DNA of 37,906 nucleotides from an uncultured Methanosarcinaceae archaeon (GTDB lineage Archaea; Halobacteriota; Methanosarcinia; Methanosarcinales; Methanosarcinaceae): NCBI GenBank assembly GCA_963721455.1, contig CAVRJG010000030.1, positions 1 to 37,906 of the forward strand, read 5' to 3'. Shown piece by piece: positions 28,680 to 37,906 of this stretch (position 1 is its first letter; each line of letters starts with the position of its first letter). The notes under the pieces were generated by a model. It saw only the letters and a program-made list of their open reading frames with translations, ran no database searches and was not told where the DNA came from. The position numbers and the translations under genes were made by a program.

Positions 28680-29265
28680 GGAATCTACTTTCACGTTTAA
28701 TTTACAAGCTCTAATATTTTATATCTTGAACCTAGATGAACTTTTAAACCTTATATTCATTAACTGAGCTCAAATAAGATTTATAAAGGAAAAATAAGCT
28801 AAATATTCCGGTTTAATTAAATTAAATGCCTCAATAGATGGTTTTTTTGGCGAAGAGAATATATAATTGGATAAAATATATAATCGGATATAAACTGGAT
28901 GTATAACTGGACTCATAACTCTTTATATTTATAAATAATGTAACTGTAACCTTTTTCATTTTAATAGATAATTTGTTACAAAGACGAGATTTATAGTGAA
29001 TAGTTCTTTAAAATCTGAAGAAATCTAATGGTAATAAAATGATCTACTTTTATATTTAATTCACAGAATCTATTTTTTTTATACTCAAAACAAAACCATT
29101 TTTTTAACCTTATATTTAAGAATAAGGGAAAAATAAAGAGCATAAAAGAGAAATAAGCTTAATTATTCAATTTATTCTAATTTGAAGCCTCGATAGATAA
29201 TAATTTCTTTGAAAATAATGCATAACTCTTTTTATTTATAAACTATGTAACTTCAACCTTTTTAT
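28680..29265. repeat. Degenerate tandem duplication of AT-rich non-coding DNA
   Basis: Colinear blocks ATCTACTTT..TTTAATT, AACCTTATATT, AAATAAGCT, GCCTC.ATAGAT and CATAACTCTTT..TTTATAAA..ATGTAACT..AACCTTTTT occur twice (about 28680-28960 and 29040-29265). Confidence 0.7.
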
Positions 29266-29837
29266 GCAATATATAATATTTTTCTAAATATAAGTATTCG
29301 AGGGGCAAGTTTTGAATTTATCCCATGAAAAATTTGTGACTTGCCAGCTCTTTACAGCCTACATTCTTAACGGGAATTTTCTGCCTCAAGGCACCCTGCA
29401 TCCAGGTCAGTCTTTTACATTCATATTAATTTTTTCGTTTGTATAATTTTTTTCTTAGCGGGATTTACGCCCGAATCCTAAATACCAGATTGAATCCTGA
29501 AAACTAGATTTATCAGCAAAGGAGCATATCTTCCAGGAGGGAAGCAAAGCCGAGACTTTTCTCCTTTTATTTTCCATGTTTATCATAGACATTCAGAAAG
29601 GGTACTGAAAAAAGTGAAAGTTGGTTAAAATGTTAAAACCCTTCCGGAGAAGAAGGAAACTATATTATAGTTCATGACTCAACAAATTATACTTTTTATT
29701 TGTGGGTTGAATGTTTCTATCCATTTCTTTGCAAATGATAATGATTTTTCTATTTTCGTAAATTCCTTTTTGATAATATTTCTCAGATGTTCTTTTGATT
29801 GAATAAATCTGACAGATACTTTCTCTTTATCGTTTCT

Positions 29838-29915
29838 CTCACGGGTCGCAGAAGCGACCGGCCTTTCCAAAAAAGCCCTGAAAAAGCGCTCTGAATCCTT
29901 AATAACGATTTTATA
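29838..29915. repeat. RM-associated hairpin repeat, copy 1
   Basis: CTCACGGGTCGCAGAAGCGACCGGCCTTTCCAAAAAAGCCCTGAAAAAG. Confidence 0.85.
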
Positions 29916-29954
29916 AACCTTAGAGCTCTCAATTTATCCATAAAAAACTTTCTT

Positions 29955-30103
29955 TTATGAGACCTATTTGCCTATGAAGGCTTTCTGCATGAGGGCGTTT
30001 ATTTTTTACTTTTTTCGGGTGGGAGTCTCATGTGATCACTTTAATTTCAGATACTTGTTTTGAGCGTTAGTTTGGGCACCGACTTTTAAATGTTGTGCTT
30101 TGT
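29955..30103 (-). pseudogene. Collapsed hsdM'-'hsdS scar
   Basis: The upstream region and first codons of hsdM (compare 32815-32926) are fused to the last codons of hsdS (compare 34908-34952). Confidence 0.85.
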
Positions 30104-30235
30104 TGTAGATTTTAAATAGCAGTACTGCTAAAAAACAAATTTCTATCGTCGTTTTATTATACCTTTACTTACATAGTTATAATTGGTCCATAGGGTCAGT
30201 CCCTGATGTATGAAGAAGACGTACAAAGAAGGTAT

Positions 30236-30313
30236 GTAACTTAAATAAGTAGTAACTTGACTAAGGTAACTTAACTGAGTAATGACTTAAATAAGCAGTA
30301 ACTTAACTGAGTA
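30236..30313. repeat. Five tandem 14-16-bp palindromic boxes (ACTTA-N2-TRAGT)
   Basis: GTAACTTAAATAAGTA / GTAACTTGACTAAG / GTAACTTAACTGAGTA / ATGACTTAAATAAGCA / GTAACTTAACTGAGTA. Confidence 0.8.
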
Positions 30314-30675
30314 CAGAACTAAATTACATAAAATTGGACCAGGCCTTATGGATCACTTTCTTAAGGACTCTTAAAGGCTTTTTCTACATAGATTCCCTGT
30401 TAATTTCTATTGTTCCTGATTAACTCTTTTCTGATTTTAAATTCGAATTCTGCTATGTCCCGATTTCATGCTTATTTTAGCCAGCAGACGCTGATGATTA
30501 TTTCCAGCTATCGAAACCCTGAATTCTCTTCACACTCCAGTATAAAATCCAGTCCTGGACATATCGATAAAAGATACAAAGAATATATATGGATTAACCA
30601 GGATTAACTTTATAACTATTTTCGTTGTTACTTTATGTTACTTTTATATTACTTCGCTGTTTGAAGAGGATTAAA

Positions 30676-30981
30676 ATGGGAGTTTTAAGCGACTTTAAGG
30701 ATTTTCTTTATGAATATAAGGTGATTCCACTTGCAATTGCCTTCATCATGGGTATCGCATCCACGGCTCTTATAAAATCTCTTGTGGATAACATTGTAAT
30801 GCCGATCATCACACCTTTTGTCCCGGGCGGGGCCTGGGAGACTGCAACGGTTTCAGTGGGACCCGTAGTACTGAGATGGGGTGTTTTTCTGGGAGAATTG
30901 ATAAACTTTATTATTATCGCATTTGTGGTCTTCATCATTGCAAAAAAGGTGCTAAAAGAGGAAAAAGTGACCAAAAAATAA
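30676..30981 (+). CDS. mscL: Large-conductance mechanosensitive channel (short form)
   Basis: DFKDFLYEYKVIPLAIAFIMG..SLVDNIVMPII..WGVFLGELINFIIIAFVVF; GAGGA RBS. Confidence 0.9.
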   Translation: MGVLSDFKDFLYEYKVIPLAIAFIMGIASTALIKSLVDNIVMPIITPFVPGGAWETATVSVGPVVLRWGVFLGELINFIIIAFVVFIIAKKVLKEEKVTKK

Positions 30982-31110
30982 CTGGAAAAATAACTGGGGC
31001 ACGGAAAAGCCAGTTTAATTTATTATAACCACGGAAAACATGGAAAAATTGTGCCCATTTTCCTATATTCCTTTTTTCCAGGCTTCCGATGGCTAATTTT
31101 CAGTTTTCAA

Positions 31111-31197
31111 ACCCCTCATTCTCACCGGTCGCAAGCGACCGGCCTTTTCAAAAAAACCTGAAAAAGAACCTTGAAGCCTGAATGACGATTTTTTAAG
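31111..31197. repeat. RM-associated hairpin repeat, copy 2
   Basis: CATTCTCACCGGTCGCAAGCGACCGGCCTTTTCAAAAAAACCTGAAAAAGAA. Confidence 0.85.
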
Positions 31198-31341
31198 CCT
31201 TTCAGGTTTAGTTTGTATTTGCTTTGTGTCTCTTTCTTTTGGCATGAAAATACTTTGTGTTGTTGAATTTGCAGAGCAACTAAATGAAAAAATGGATATT
31301 TTAATCCCTGAGCAAAAGAGGGTTGCAAAGCTCATTGAATT

Positions 31342-32856
31342 TTATGTCTTTTCGTTGAGCAGCCATTTTAATTCATCAATATTTTCAAGGATCTTCCCTT
31401 CGAGCTCCTCAATCTTTTCAATAATCATTTCCGGCTTTTCGTACCTGACCTCTTCATACTCGATTTCTTTATACCGCGAAATCGAAAGATCGTAATTGTT
31501 CGTTTTGATCTCGTCTGCTGGCACGTAGAAGCATTTTCCTTTTCTATCGGCGGGTTTTTCTTCCCTTCGTTTCCTGAACCGCTCGATAATATCAGGAATG
31601 TCCCCTTTCCGGTCTGTCGGAGTTCTTTTATCGTCCAGGGAATACCCATCGGCTTCCATATCGTAGAACCAGACTTTTTCCGTACTCCCGCCTTTTGTGA
31701 AGATGAGCACTGCGGTCGAGACGCCTGCATAGGGCTTAAATACGCCTGATGGCATGGAAACAATTCCTTCAAGCTGGCATTTTTCAAGCAGAAGCTTCCG
31801 GAGGTCCCTGTGCGCATTCGAGCTTCCGAAAAGCACGCCGTCAGGCACGATTACGCCGCACTTTCCGCCGATCTCAAGCAGCCTGTACATTTTTTCCACG
31901 AACAGGAGTTCGGTCTTTGTGGTGCCAAGGGTCAGCCTGTCGTTGATATCGTTTTTATCGATGCTCCCCTTGAAGGGCGGATTTGCAAGGATTACTGTGA
32001 ACTCTTCTTCTCCGCTGTACTGATTCGAGAGCGTGTCAGTAGATTCGATATGAGGGGCTTTAATTCCGTGCAGGACCATGTTCATGAGCGCAATCCTGAC
32101 CATCGTCGAGTCAAAGTCGAAACCGTAGAAGGTGTCCTGATGAAGCTTGTCCCATGCCTTCTGCTCGGTTATGTGGTTTCCGATAAGGTTGTGCCAGTCC
32201 CTTTCCTCGTCTTCAGTGACCATGTCAGGACTTGTGTATTTTCTGAGGATGTACCTGTAAGCCGTAAACAGGAAACCCGCAGTCCCACACGCTGGGTCGC
32301 AGATCCTGTCATTAACATCAGGGTCGACAAGCTCGACTATCATCCTGATTATGTGCCTGGGGGTCCTGAACTGCCCGTTCTTCCCTGCGGTTGCAAGCTG
32401 GCTTAAGAGGTATTCGTAAATGTCTCCCTGCACATCCGAAGTCTGCCCTGAAATGTCAAGCTCGTCAATAATCCCTACCGCTTCCTGCACTAGAGACGGC
32501 TTCGGGATAATGAATACAGCATCCTTCATATGCTGGGAAAAAAGAGTCTTCTCCCCATCATGAATATCTTTGATGAACGGAAACACAACGTCCCTGACGT
32601 GCTTCATCATCTCCTCAGCCGGTTTGTGCTTCCATTCCGACCACCTGCACTCCTCATGCTCCTCAAAGATAGAAACATAAGCCTGTCCGGTCGCATTCGC
32701 CCGCCTTTGCTCCAGCACGTCCATATCCTCAAGCCTTTTCATGAAAATGAGGTACGACATCTGCTCAATGGACTGCAAAGGGTTGGACAGCCCGCCGCTC
32801 CAGAACCTGTCCCAGAGGGCATCTATTTTTGACTTTTTTTCGGGTGGGAGTCTCAT
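31342..32856 (-). CDS. hsdM: Type I restriction-modification N6-adenine methyltransferase subunit
   Basis: GQFRTPRHII, DPACGTAGFL, ILANPPF and helical N-terminal HsdM domain. Confidence 0.95.
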   Translation of the reverse strand: MRLPPEKKSKIDALWDRFWSGGLSNPLQSIEQMSYLIFMKRLEDMDVLEQRRANATGQAYVSIFEEHEECRWSEWKHKPAEEMMKHVRDVVFPFIKDIHDGEKTLFSQHMKDAVFIIPKPSLVQEAVGIIDELDISGQTSDVQGDIYEYLLSQLATAGKNGQFRTPRHIIRMIVELVDPDVNDRICDPACGTAGFLFTAYRYILRKYTSPDMVTEDEERDWHNLIGNHITEQKAWDKLHQDTFYGFDFDSTMVRIALMNMVLHGIKAPHIESTDTLSNQYSGEEEFTVILANPPFKGSIDKNDINDRLTLGTTKTELLFVEKMYRLLEIGGKCGVIVPDGVLFGSSNAHRDLRKLLLEKCQLEGIVSMPSGVFKPYAGVSTAVLIFTKGGSTEKVWFYDMEADGYSLDDKRTPTDRKGDIPDIIERFRKRREEKPADRKGKCFYVPADEIKTNNYDLSISRYKEIEYEEVRYEKPEMIIEKIEELEGKILENIDELKWLLNEKT

Positions 32857-33049
32857 GTGATCACTTGTTTTCAACTTGTTTTGAGGCGTTAGTTTCGAGC
32901 ATTGGATTTTAAATGTTGTGCTTTGTCAGGAAAACGATATTTATTATGCCAGAGTACCGATAGAAATTATAGACATTATAGACATTTGACTGAAATTACC
33001 GATTGAAGTGATTACTTAAATTACCAGAAAAAATGCGGTCCGGGTAGCA

Positions 33050-33265
33050 ATGCATAAAACCTTCAGGGAATTTAACGGTAAAACCTACATGCTCGACGAG
33101 CTGAGCTATTTCGGGCTTGAAAAATCCGACGAGAAAAGAAAAGCTATGCTGAAAAAGAGTGGGCTTGGAGTCAGATGCATAAAAAAGGCAAATGGTAAGT
33201 ACGTAGTATACCGCGAATATTCAGGTGACATTAATAAAGAAGACGGTTCTTCGTTTTTCGAGTAA
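33050..33265 (+). CDS. Hypothetical basic protein (71 aa)
   Basis: ATG-started ORF with plausible composition; no family recognised. Confidence 0.55.
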   Translation: MHKTFREFNGKTYMLDELSYFGLEKSDEKRKAMLKKSGLGVRCIKKANGKYVVYREYSGDINKEDGSSFFE

Positions 33266-33277
33266 TTCGGGCGGGAC

Positions 33278-33555
33278 TCAAAGCCAGTCATACCCCTTTT
33301 CTCGTGGAATTATTTCAAGAACAAAAATGGTATTGTTTTCCACTGTGTAAATAATCCTATAATCACCGATTCGTAAACGATAGATGTCTTCTCTTTTTTT
33401 CGTTCCTTTCAGCTTTTTTATGTCGGCATGGGATCGATTCTTGAAAGGGTCTGTTTCCAGATTCTTTATTCCTGACTTTAGCCTCTCTTTCGTCTCTGAA
33501 TTCAAATCTACCAGAACTCCACTGCATCAGGATGCAGCCTTACTTTAAAACTCAT
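33278..33555 (-). pseudogene. relE: RelE/ParE-family toxin with a 1-bp frameshift near codon 14
   Basis: MSFKVRLHPDAVEF, then a shift to LVDLNSETKERL..IKKLKG..YRLRIGDYRIIY. ATG overlaps the antitoxin stop (TGATG). Confidence 0.82.
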
Positions 33556-33746
33556 CAGATTTCATCCAGGCTCACAAACTTCTCTTTCTCTTCAAGTTTT
33601 TTGTACTGGCGCTCCATGAATGCCTTATAATCAACTTCACCCATCAGACGCTTGAGAATTTCGTTGTAGGTTTCCCCTTTCATGCCATACTTCTTTAATC
33701 TGTCTCTTACGTCTTTTGTCACCGGAATTGTGGTAGCTTCACTCAT
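33555..33746 (-). CDS. Ribbon-helix-helix antitoxin
   Basis: TTIPVTKDVRDRLKKYGMKGETYNEILKRLM; translationally coupled to the toxin. Confidence 0.82.
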   Translation of the reverse strand: MSEATTIPVTKDVRDRLKKYGMKGETYNEILKRLMGEVDYKAFMERQYKKLEEKEKFVSLDEI

Positions 33747-34013
33747 AACGCTCTTTTAAATTATCAGAGTTATAAGAACTTATAAGTTATCATTAATTAC
33801 TTTTAATTGGCAGTTCCTGAAAAATCTAGTTTATCGATTCCAAAATAAATCCCTTATCTAATGGGAAATTCGGTGATCGATAGATTAATCCAAAAGCCAA
33901 GATTGTGAACATACTTTGGAATCGCAGCAACCAGTTGTATAGCAAAGTTTTATCACCCAAAAAAGATTCATATAGTAATGAATAAAGTACAAAAATTTGG
34001 TGAGTACCATGGA

Positions 34014-34390
34014 ATGGAAAAAAGTATTGAAAATGCTAACCTTGCTTTACCATATTTAGTATGTTATGCTAAGAAAGGAAAAACTTTAACATATAAAGAA
34101 CTTGCTGAAAAAATAAATTCCCATCTATAGCTCTGTCATATATGTTGGGATATATTAGAGATGAAATCTGCATAAAAAGAGGTTTGCCTATGATTAGTGC
34201 AATAGTTGTCAGGACTGATACACAATTGCCTGGGGAGGATTTTCTTCCAGAAGGCGCTTCAAATTTATCTAGAAAAGAATTTAAAAAGAAATTTGAAGAA
34301 CATCGAGACAAAGTTTTTACTTATACTGAATGGGATAAACTTTTGAATAAATTAAATTTAACTCCGATATCAGAGGGGACGACGCGTTGA
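34014..34390 (+). pseudogene. Frameshifted winged-helix-like protein
   Basis: MEKSIENANLALPYLVCYAKKGKTLTYKELAEKINSH, then a shift to ALSYMLGYIRDEIC..LPMISAIVV..LPGEDF. Confidence 0.65.
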
Positions 34391-34560
34391 AATCATCAAT
34401 CAAGCATTGTGAAAAAATTGAATAAACAGAGAACATTTACGACCCAAAAAATTAGTCATGTTAGAGCAGCGGAGCGAAAAGGACTTCGTGCTCCCGAAGC
34501 GAAACTCGGACGAAGACGGGATATCTTGTCAGTTATGTTCAAGTTTTCAGCTCCTAAGTT

Positions 34561-34650
34561 ACCCCGCATTCTCACCGGTCGCAGAGGCGACCGGCTTTTC
34601 CGAAAAAGCCCTTAAAAAGAATCTTAAGTTTAAATGATGGAGTTTTTAAA
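34561..34650. repeat. RM-associated hairpin repeat, copy 3
   Basis: CATTCTCACCGGTCGCAGAGGCGACCGGCTTTTCCGAAAAAGCCCTTAAAAAGAA. Confidence 0.85.
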
Positions 34651-34907
34651 TCTTAAAAATCGCAATTTATTCTTAACCCATCATTTTTTATCTGGTTTTA
34701 TTCTGTCAATTCTCTTAGTTTGTAAGCTGCTTTGTGGCTCTTTTCTTTTCCTTTCTCTTTTTCTTCCTTTTTTGCGGGAAAGGCCGCTCTCCTGCGTCGA
34801 GCGTGACAAAAACGACCCGGTATGGCTAATACGGTTGTACGGGTCAGAATTCTGAATTCAGGATTTCGAGCCAGTCGTTTATGATTCAGTTTCTTAAAAT
34901 TTCATTT

Positions 34908-36111
34908 TTATGAGACCAGTTCTCCTGTGAAGGCTTTCTGCATGAGGGCATCGAAGAGGTTATTAGTTTCAAGGGAGGATTGTTTTTGAGATTGTTGTGT
35001 TTTTTCTATTCCTAAGACAATTTTTTCAAACATTGATTGCAAGTCAATAGGCGGTAAAAAAATTTCTACATCTCTGACTTTGTTAGTACTTATTGTATTA
35101 AGACCACTTGTTGTTCGACTTTTAGAGTAAAAATATCCTTTATTACCGTACATATTCAAAAAATAAGATACAAAATATGGTCTCACATAATTTTCATTGA
35201 GCCGAACTTTGATTATATGATTTTGATGAACACAATTAGCAATTTCTTCGTTCCATACAGCAGCTCTGCCTATCTCTTCAATATTTCCATGTCCTTCAAC
35301 AATGAGGACATCATCTTTTTTCAGCATATATCTATCAATTTCAGAACCAGAGATGTGAATATTCTTTATCTCACTCAAATCCAATCTATTACGATAAACA
35401 TTAGCTACACGAAGATATGGGAATAAGCTTTCCTTTTTGCTGCTTCTTTGGCTGTTTAACGTCAACCCGCTGCTTACTTCACTAACATCGCTTAATTTTA
35501 CAATAGTGAAGTTTTTTGGGTTTTCCACTCGGATCTCCAAACATCTCCAAAAACACACTCTGAAGAAGCTTCTGCGTCAATTCATCCGCCTGTGCCCGAA
35601 GTTTTTTCGTTTCTTCGGCTTTTTCGAGGATGGAGACGATTTTTTGCTGGGTTTCATAGAGATGGCAATTTTATTTTGATGTCGGAGAAATCAGTTTTAT
35701 TCAATAATGGTACTACGGCAGAAGAACCACTATTTTCAAGATAAGGACGTATTTTTTTGATTGTATAGTACAAAAAATCGGAGACAACTATGTTTTCATC
35801 AGGAATTATGCTATTTATTTGCTGATTCGTACATAATTCTGTATCTGCAACGGCAACTTTACCAATATTTCCAATGCAAGATACCAAAACTGAGCCTTTA
35901 GGTAATAACCTTACTTTTTTACTGCCTGTTTCTGAAATTGTTTCCTCCGAAGTCGAAACAAATTTATCTTTGTCCAGATCAGGAGGTTTTATCCAAGGTA
36001 AAGTCCCACCATAATTTTCGGGATCTTTTTTTGGAGGAGTATTTCCTGTTACTACATCCCCAATATCTTTTATTTTATATTCTTTCCATCCTTCGGCAGT
36101 TTATTTTCCAT
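34908..36111 (-). pseudogene. hsdS: Type I RM specificity subunit with three single-base frameshifts
   Basis: MENKLP|EGWKEYKIKDIG..GNTPP..TNQQIN..IKLPSL|ETQQKIVSILEK..FLEMFGDP|VENPKNF..LPPIDLQ..ALMQKAFTGELVS*; two TRDs. Confidence 0.9.
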
Positions 36112-36122
36112 TTTTCAACCCT

Positions 36123-37906
36123 TCACATAAAAAGATCTTTTTCAACGCCTTTGCAGATGTCGATGAAGGAATTTAATTCTTCCTGAGTGAACATCGGTAA
36201 GGGAGCGGTTGTGCCAAAGTTGGTGAAGGGAGGCTGCCAGAGGGTGAAGTATTCGATGTGTTTCTTTTTCAGGAAGACGGTCTGGAGAGTGAGGATGAAG
36301 TTGAGCTGGTCTGAAGAATAGTGTTTGTTGTTTCCGATTATGTAGGTCTGGAAGGCATCTTTGATCAGGGCGTCAGGGGATTGTGAAGAGTAAAGGCCCA
36401 GCACCTGACGGATGAAGTCCACAAGGGAGGCTTTCCGGCTGGGGTAAAGTTTATCGAGCCCGGAGGTGTCGGAATTCTCAGGGGTGAGGTCTGCGTTCAG
36501 GAGGGTTTCTTCAAGCTGTTCGAGGTCGTATTCGGTAAGAGGCTCGTTATTTTTGATTTTCCGAACCGCGGGGTGGGTTTCTGCAAGCTCTTTGATGCGG
36601 GCTTCGACTTCGCGGCGGTAGGCTTCCATATAGGAGGGGTCTTTTCCGTCCGAGATCTGCCACTCTTTTCTTTCGGCAATGATGTCGCTCATATCGATTA
36701 CTATCGTTTCACGCGGCTCTTTTGCCATGTAAGGCATGAGCGGGGCAAGGTCGGAAAGGAGGAGCTGCACGTCTTCAAAACTCACGGTTTCCCAGAAGGA
36801 GCGGGAAAGGACGTTGTCCATCAGGGCTTCTTTTGCACGGACTGAATCAAGGGTGCGGGGGAGGCGGTCAACCATCTCGGCAATTGAGGTCTTCAGGCGG
36901 TCTACTTCTGCTTTGTCATTTTCCAGAAGCGCGTAAGCCAGTTTTTCGCAGCGCAGGGTGAAGGTTGCTTCCTTAAGGTTCACGTCCGGCTTGAACTTCA
37001 TCAGGGGCATGATTTTCTTTTGCAGGAAATTGACCGGGTCAACCGCTATGTTGTCCCACAGTTTTGGAGAAAGCGCCTTTTCCACCTCCTGAAGGTGCTC
37101 GCGAACACTTACGGAATCGCGGGGAAGGGATTCGATATCGGAAATTACCTTCGCTTTTACCTGCTCGGCGGCTTTTACAGATGCCGGGTCTCTGTGCTGC
37201 ATCAGTTCTCCGAGCTGTTTGAGCCGGGTCAGGAAGATGCGGTTTGTAATCGCTTCCGTAGGCTCGTCCTTCACGCCGTCCGGGTTCATGTGCCAGTACT
37301 CGAAATTGTTCCAGAAATCAAAGACCTTGAAGTACTCCTTTTTCCCTTCAGGCAGCCATTCCCTGTGCTCGCACGCCCCGTCAGCCCGCGTGCCTCTGCC
37401 AAGCATCTGCCAGAACTTGATTTTCGAAAATATCGGTTTTGCAAAGACCAGGTTGCAGACCTCAGGAACATCGATTCCTGTGTCCATCATATCGACTGAA
37501 ATTGCAATTCTCGGAAAGGACTTTGTCTCGAAATCATTAATAAGGTGCTGGGCTCTCGGATCTTCCGAAACTATTCTCCTTGCAAGCTGTCCCCTGTATT
37601 CCGGATAAAGCTTCTCGAAAGCTTCCCAGAGCCTCTTTGAATGCATTTTTGAAATCGCAAAAAAGATCGTCTTTGCAGGCAGGGTTCCTGTCTGGTCCAT
37701 GAGACAGTTATCCATAAACTCACGGACAATGGCTTCTGAAGTGCCTTTCACTGCAACCTTCTTCTCAAGTTCAGTGCCTTCAAAGTTCATCTCTTCAGGA
37801 TCAAAGCCTTTTTTCAGCAGTTCTTCCCGCTCGCCTTCGGTAAGGTCTCCGGGTTTAATGCCCTCAATCTGAAAATGTGTCCTTGCTCCTGAGATATTTT
37901 TCCTGA
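36123..37906 (-). CDS. hsdR: Type I restriction subunit, C-terminal part (5' end outside the window)
   Basis: KTIFFA, RIAISVDMMDTGIDVP and KFWQMLGRGTR, followed by an EcoEI-R-like C-terminus; adjacent to hsdS. Confidence 0.93.
   Translation of the reverse strand, partial: RKNISGARTHFQIEGIKPGDLTEGEREELLKKGFDPEEMNFEGTELEKKVAVKGTSEAIVREFMDNCLMDQTGTLPAKTIFFAISKMHSKRLWEAFEKLYPEYRGQLARRIVSEDPRAQHLINDFETKSFPRIAISVDMMDTGIDVPEVCNLVFAKPIFSKIKFWQMLGRGTRADGACEHREWLPEGKKEYFKVFDFWNNFEYWHMNPDGVKDEPTEAITNRIFLTRLKQLGELMQHRDPASVKAAEQVKAKVISDIESLPRDSVSVREHLQEVEKALSPKLWDNIAVDPVNFLQKKIMPLMKFKPDVNLKEATFTLRCEKLAYALLENDKAEVDRLKTSIAEMVDRLPRTLDSVRAKEALMDNVLSRSFWETVSFEDVQLLLSDLAPLMPYMAKEPRETIVIDMSDIIAERKEWQISDGKDPSYMEAYRREVEARIKELAETHPAVRKIKNNEPLTEYDLEQLEETLLNADLTPENSDTSGLDKLYPSRKASLVDFIRQVLGLYSSQSPDALIKDAFQTYIIGNNKHYSSDQLNFILTLQTVFLKKKHIEYFTLWQPPFTNFGTTAPLPMFTQEELNSFIDICKGVEKDLFM

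Noticed and set aside
29679-29870. 63-aa minus-strand ORF, possibly a transposase C-terminal remnant
   Set aside because: It starts inside the hairpin repeat and has no diagnostic motif.
30236-30313. Tandem boxes as a CRISPR array
   Set aside because: Units are 14-16 bp and contiguous, with no spacers.
27846-31095. Short CCACGGAAAACA(C/T)GGA motif at about 27849 and 31030
   Set aside because: Only two short copies; probably a common dispersed intergenic repeat, too weak to call.

Overview
Archaeal DNA, most likely Methanosarcina (inferred from the archaeal-type ThrRS, the geranylgeranyl reductase and the IS, intron and CRISPR repeat types). The window has three zones. (1) Positions 1-15.4 kb are a mobile-element graveyard: IS5, IS701, ISAzo13, IS1634 and IS630 elements, at least six MITEs, a hicAB cassette between palindromic repeats, several pseudogenes, a degenerate one-spacer CRISPR mini-array in front of a cas8b fragment, and a 749-nt ORF-less group II intron inserted in an IS1634-like terminal inverted repeat. 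(2) Positions 15.4-27.6 kb hold ordinary genes: a thioredoxin lipoprotein, a geranylgeranyl reductase, a PAPS-reductase-domain Fe-S protein, an AI-2E transporter, thrS, an SF2 helicase and a peptide-deformylase-like protein. (3) Positions 27.6-37.9 kb contain two tandem, unannotated 25-aa Cys/aromatic heptad peptides, mscL, and a type I restriction-modification locus (hsdR, frameshifted hsdS, RelE-type TA, hsdM) punctuated by a hairpin repeat, plus the microhomology scar of a second, collapsed hsdM-hsdS pair. All calls come from reading the sequence; no database searches or folding programs were run.
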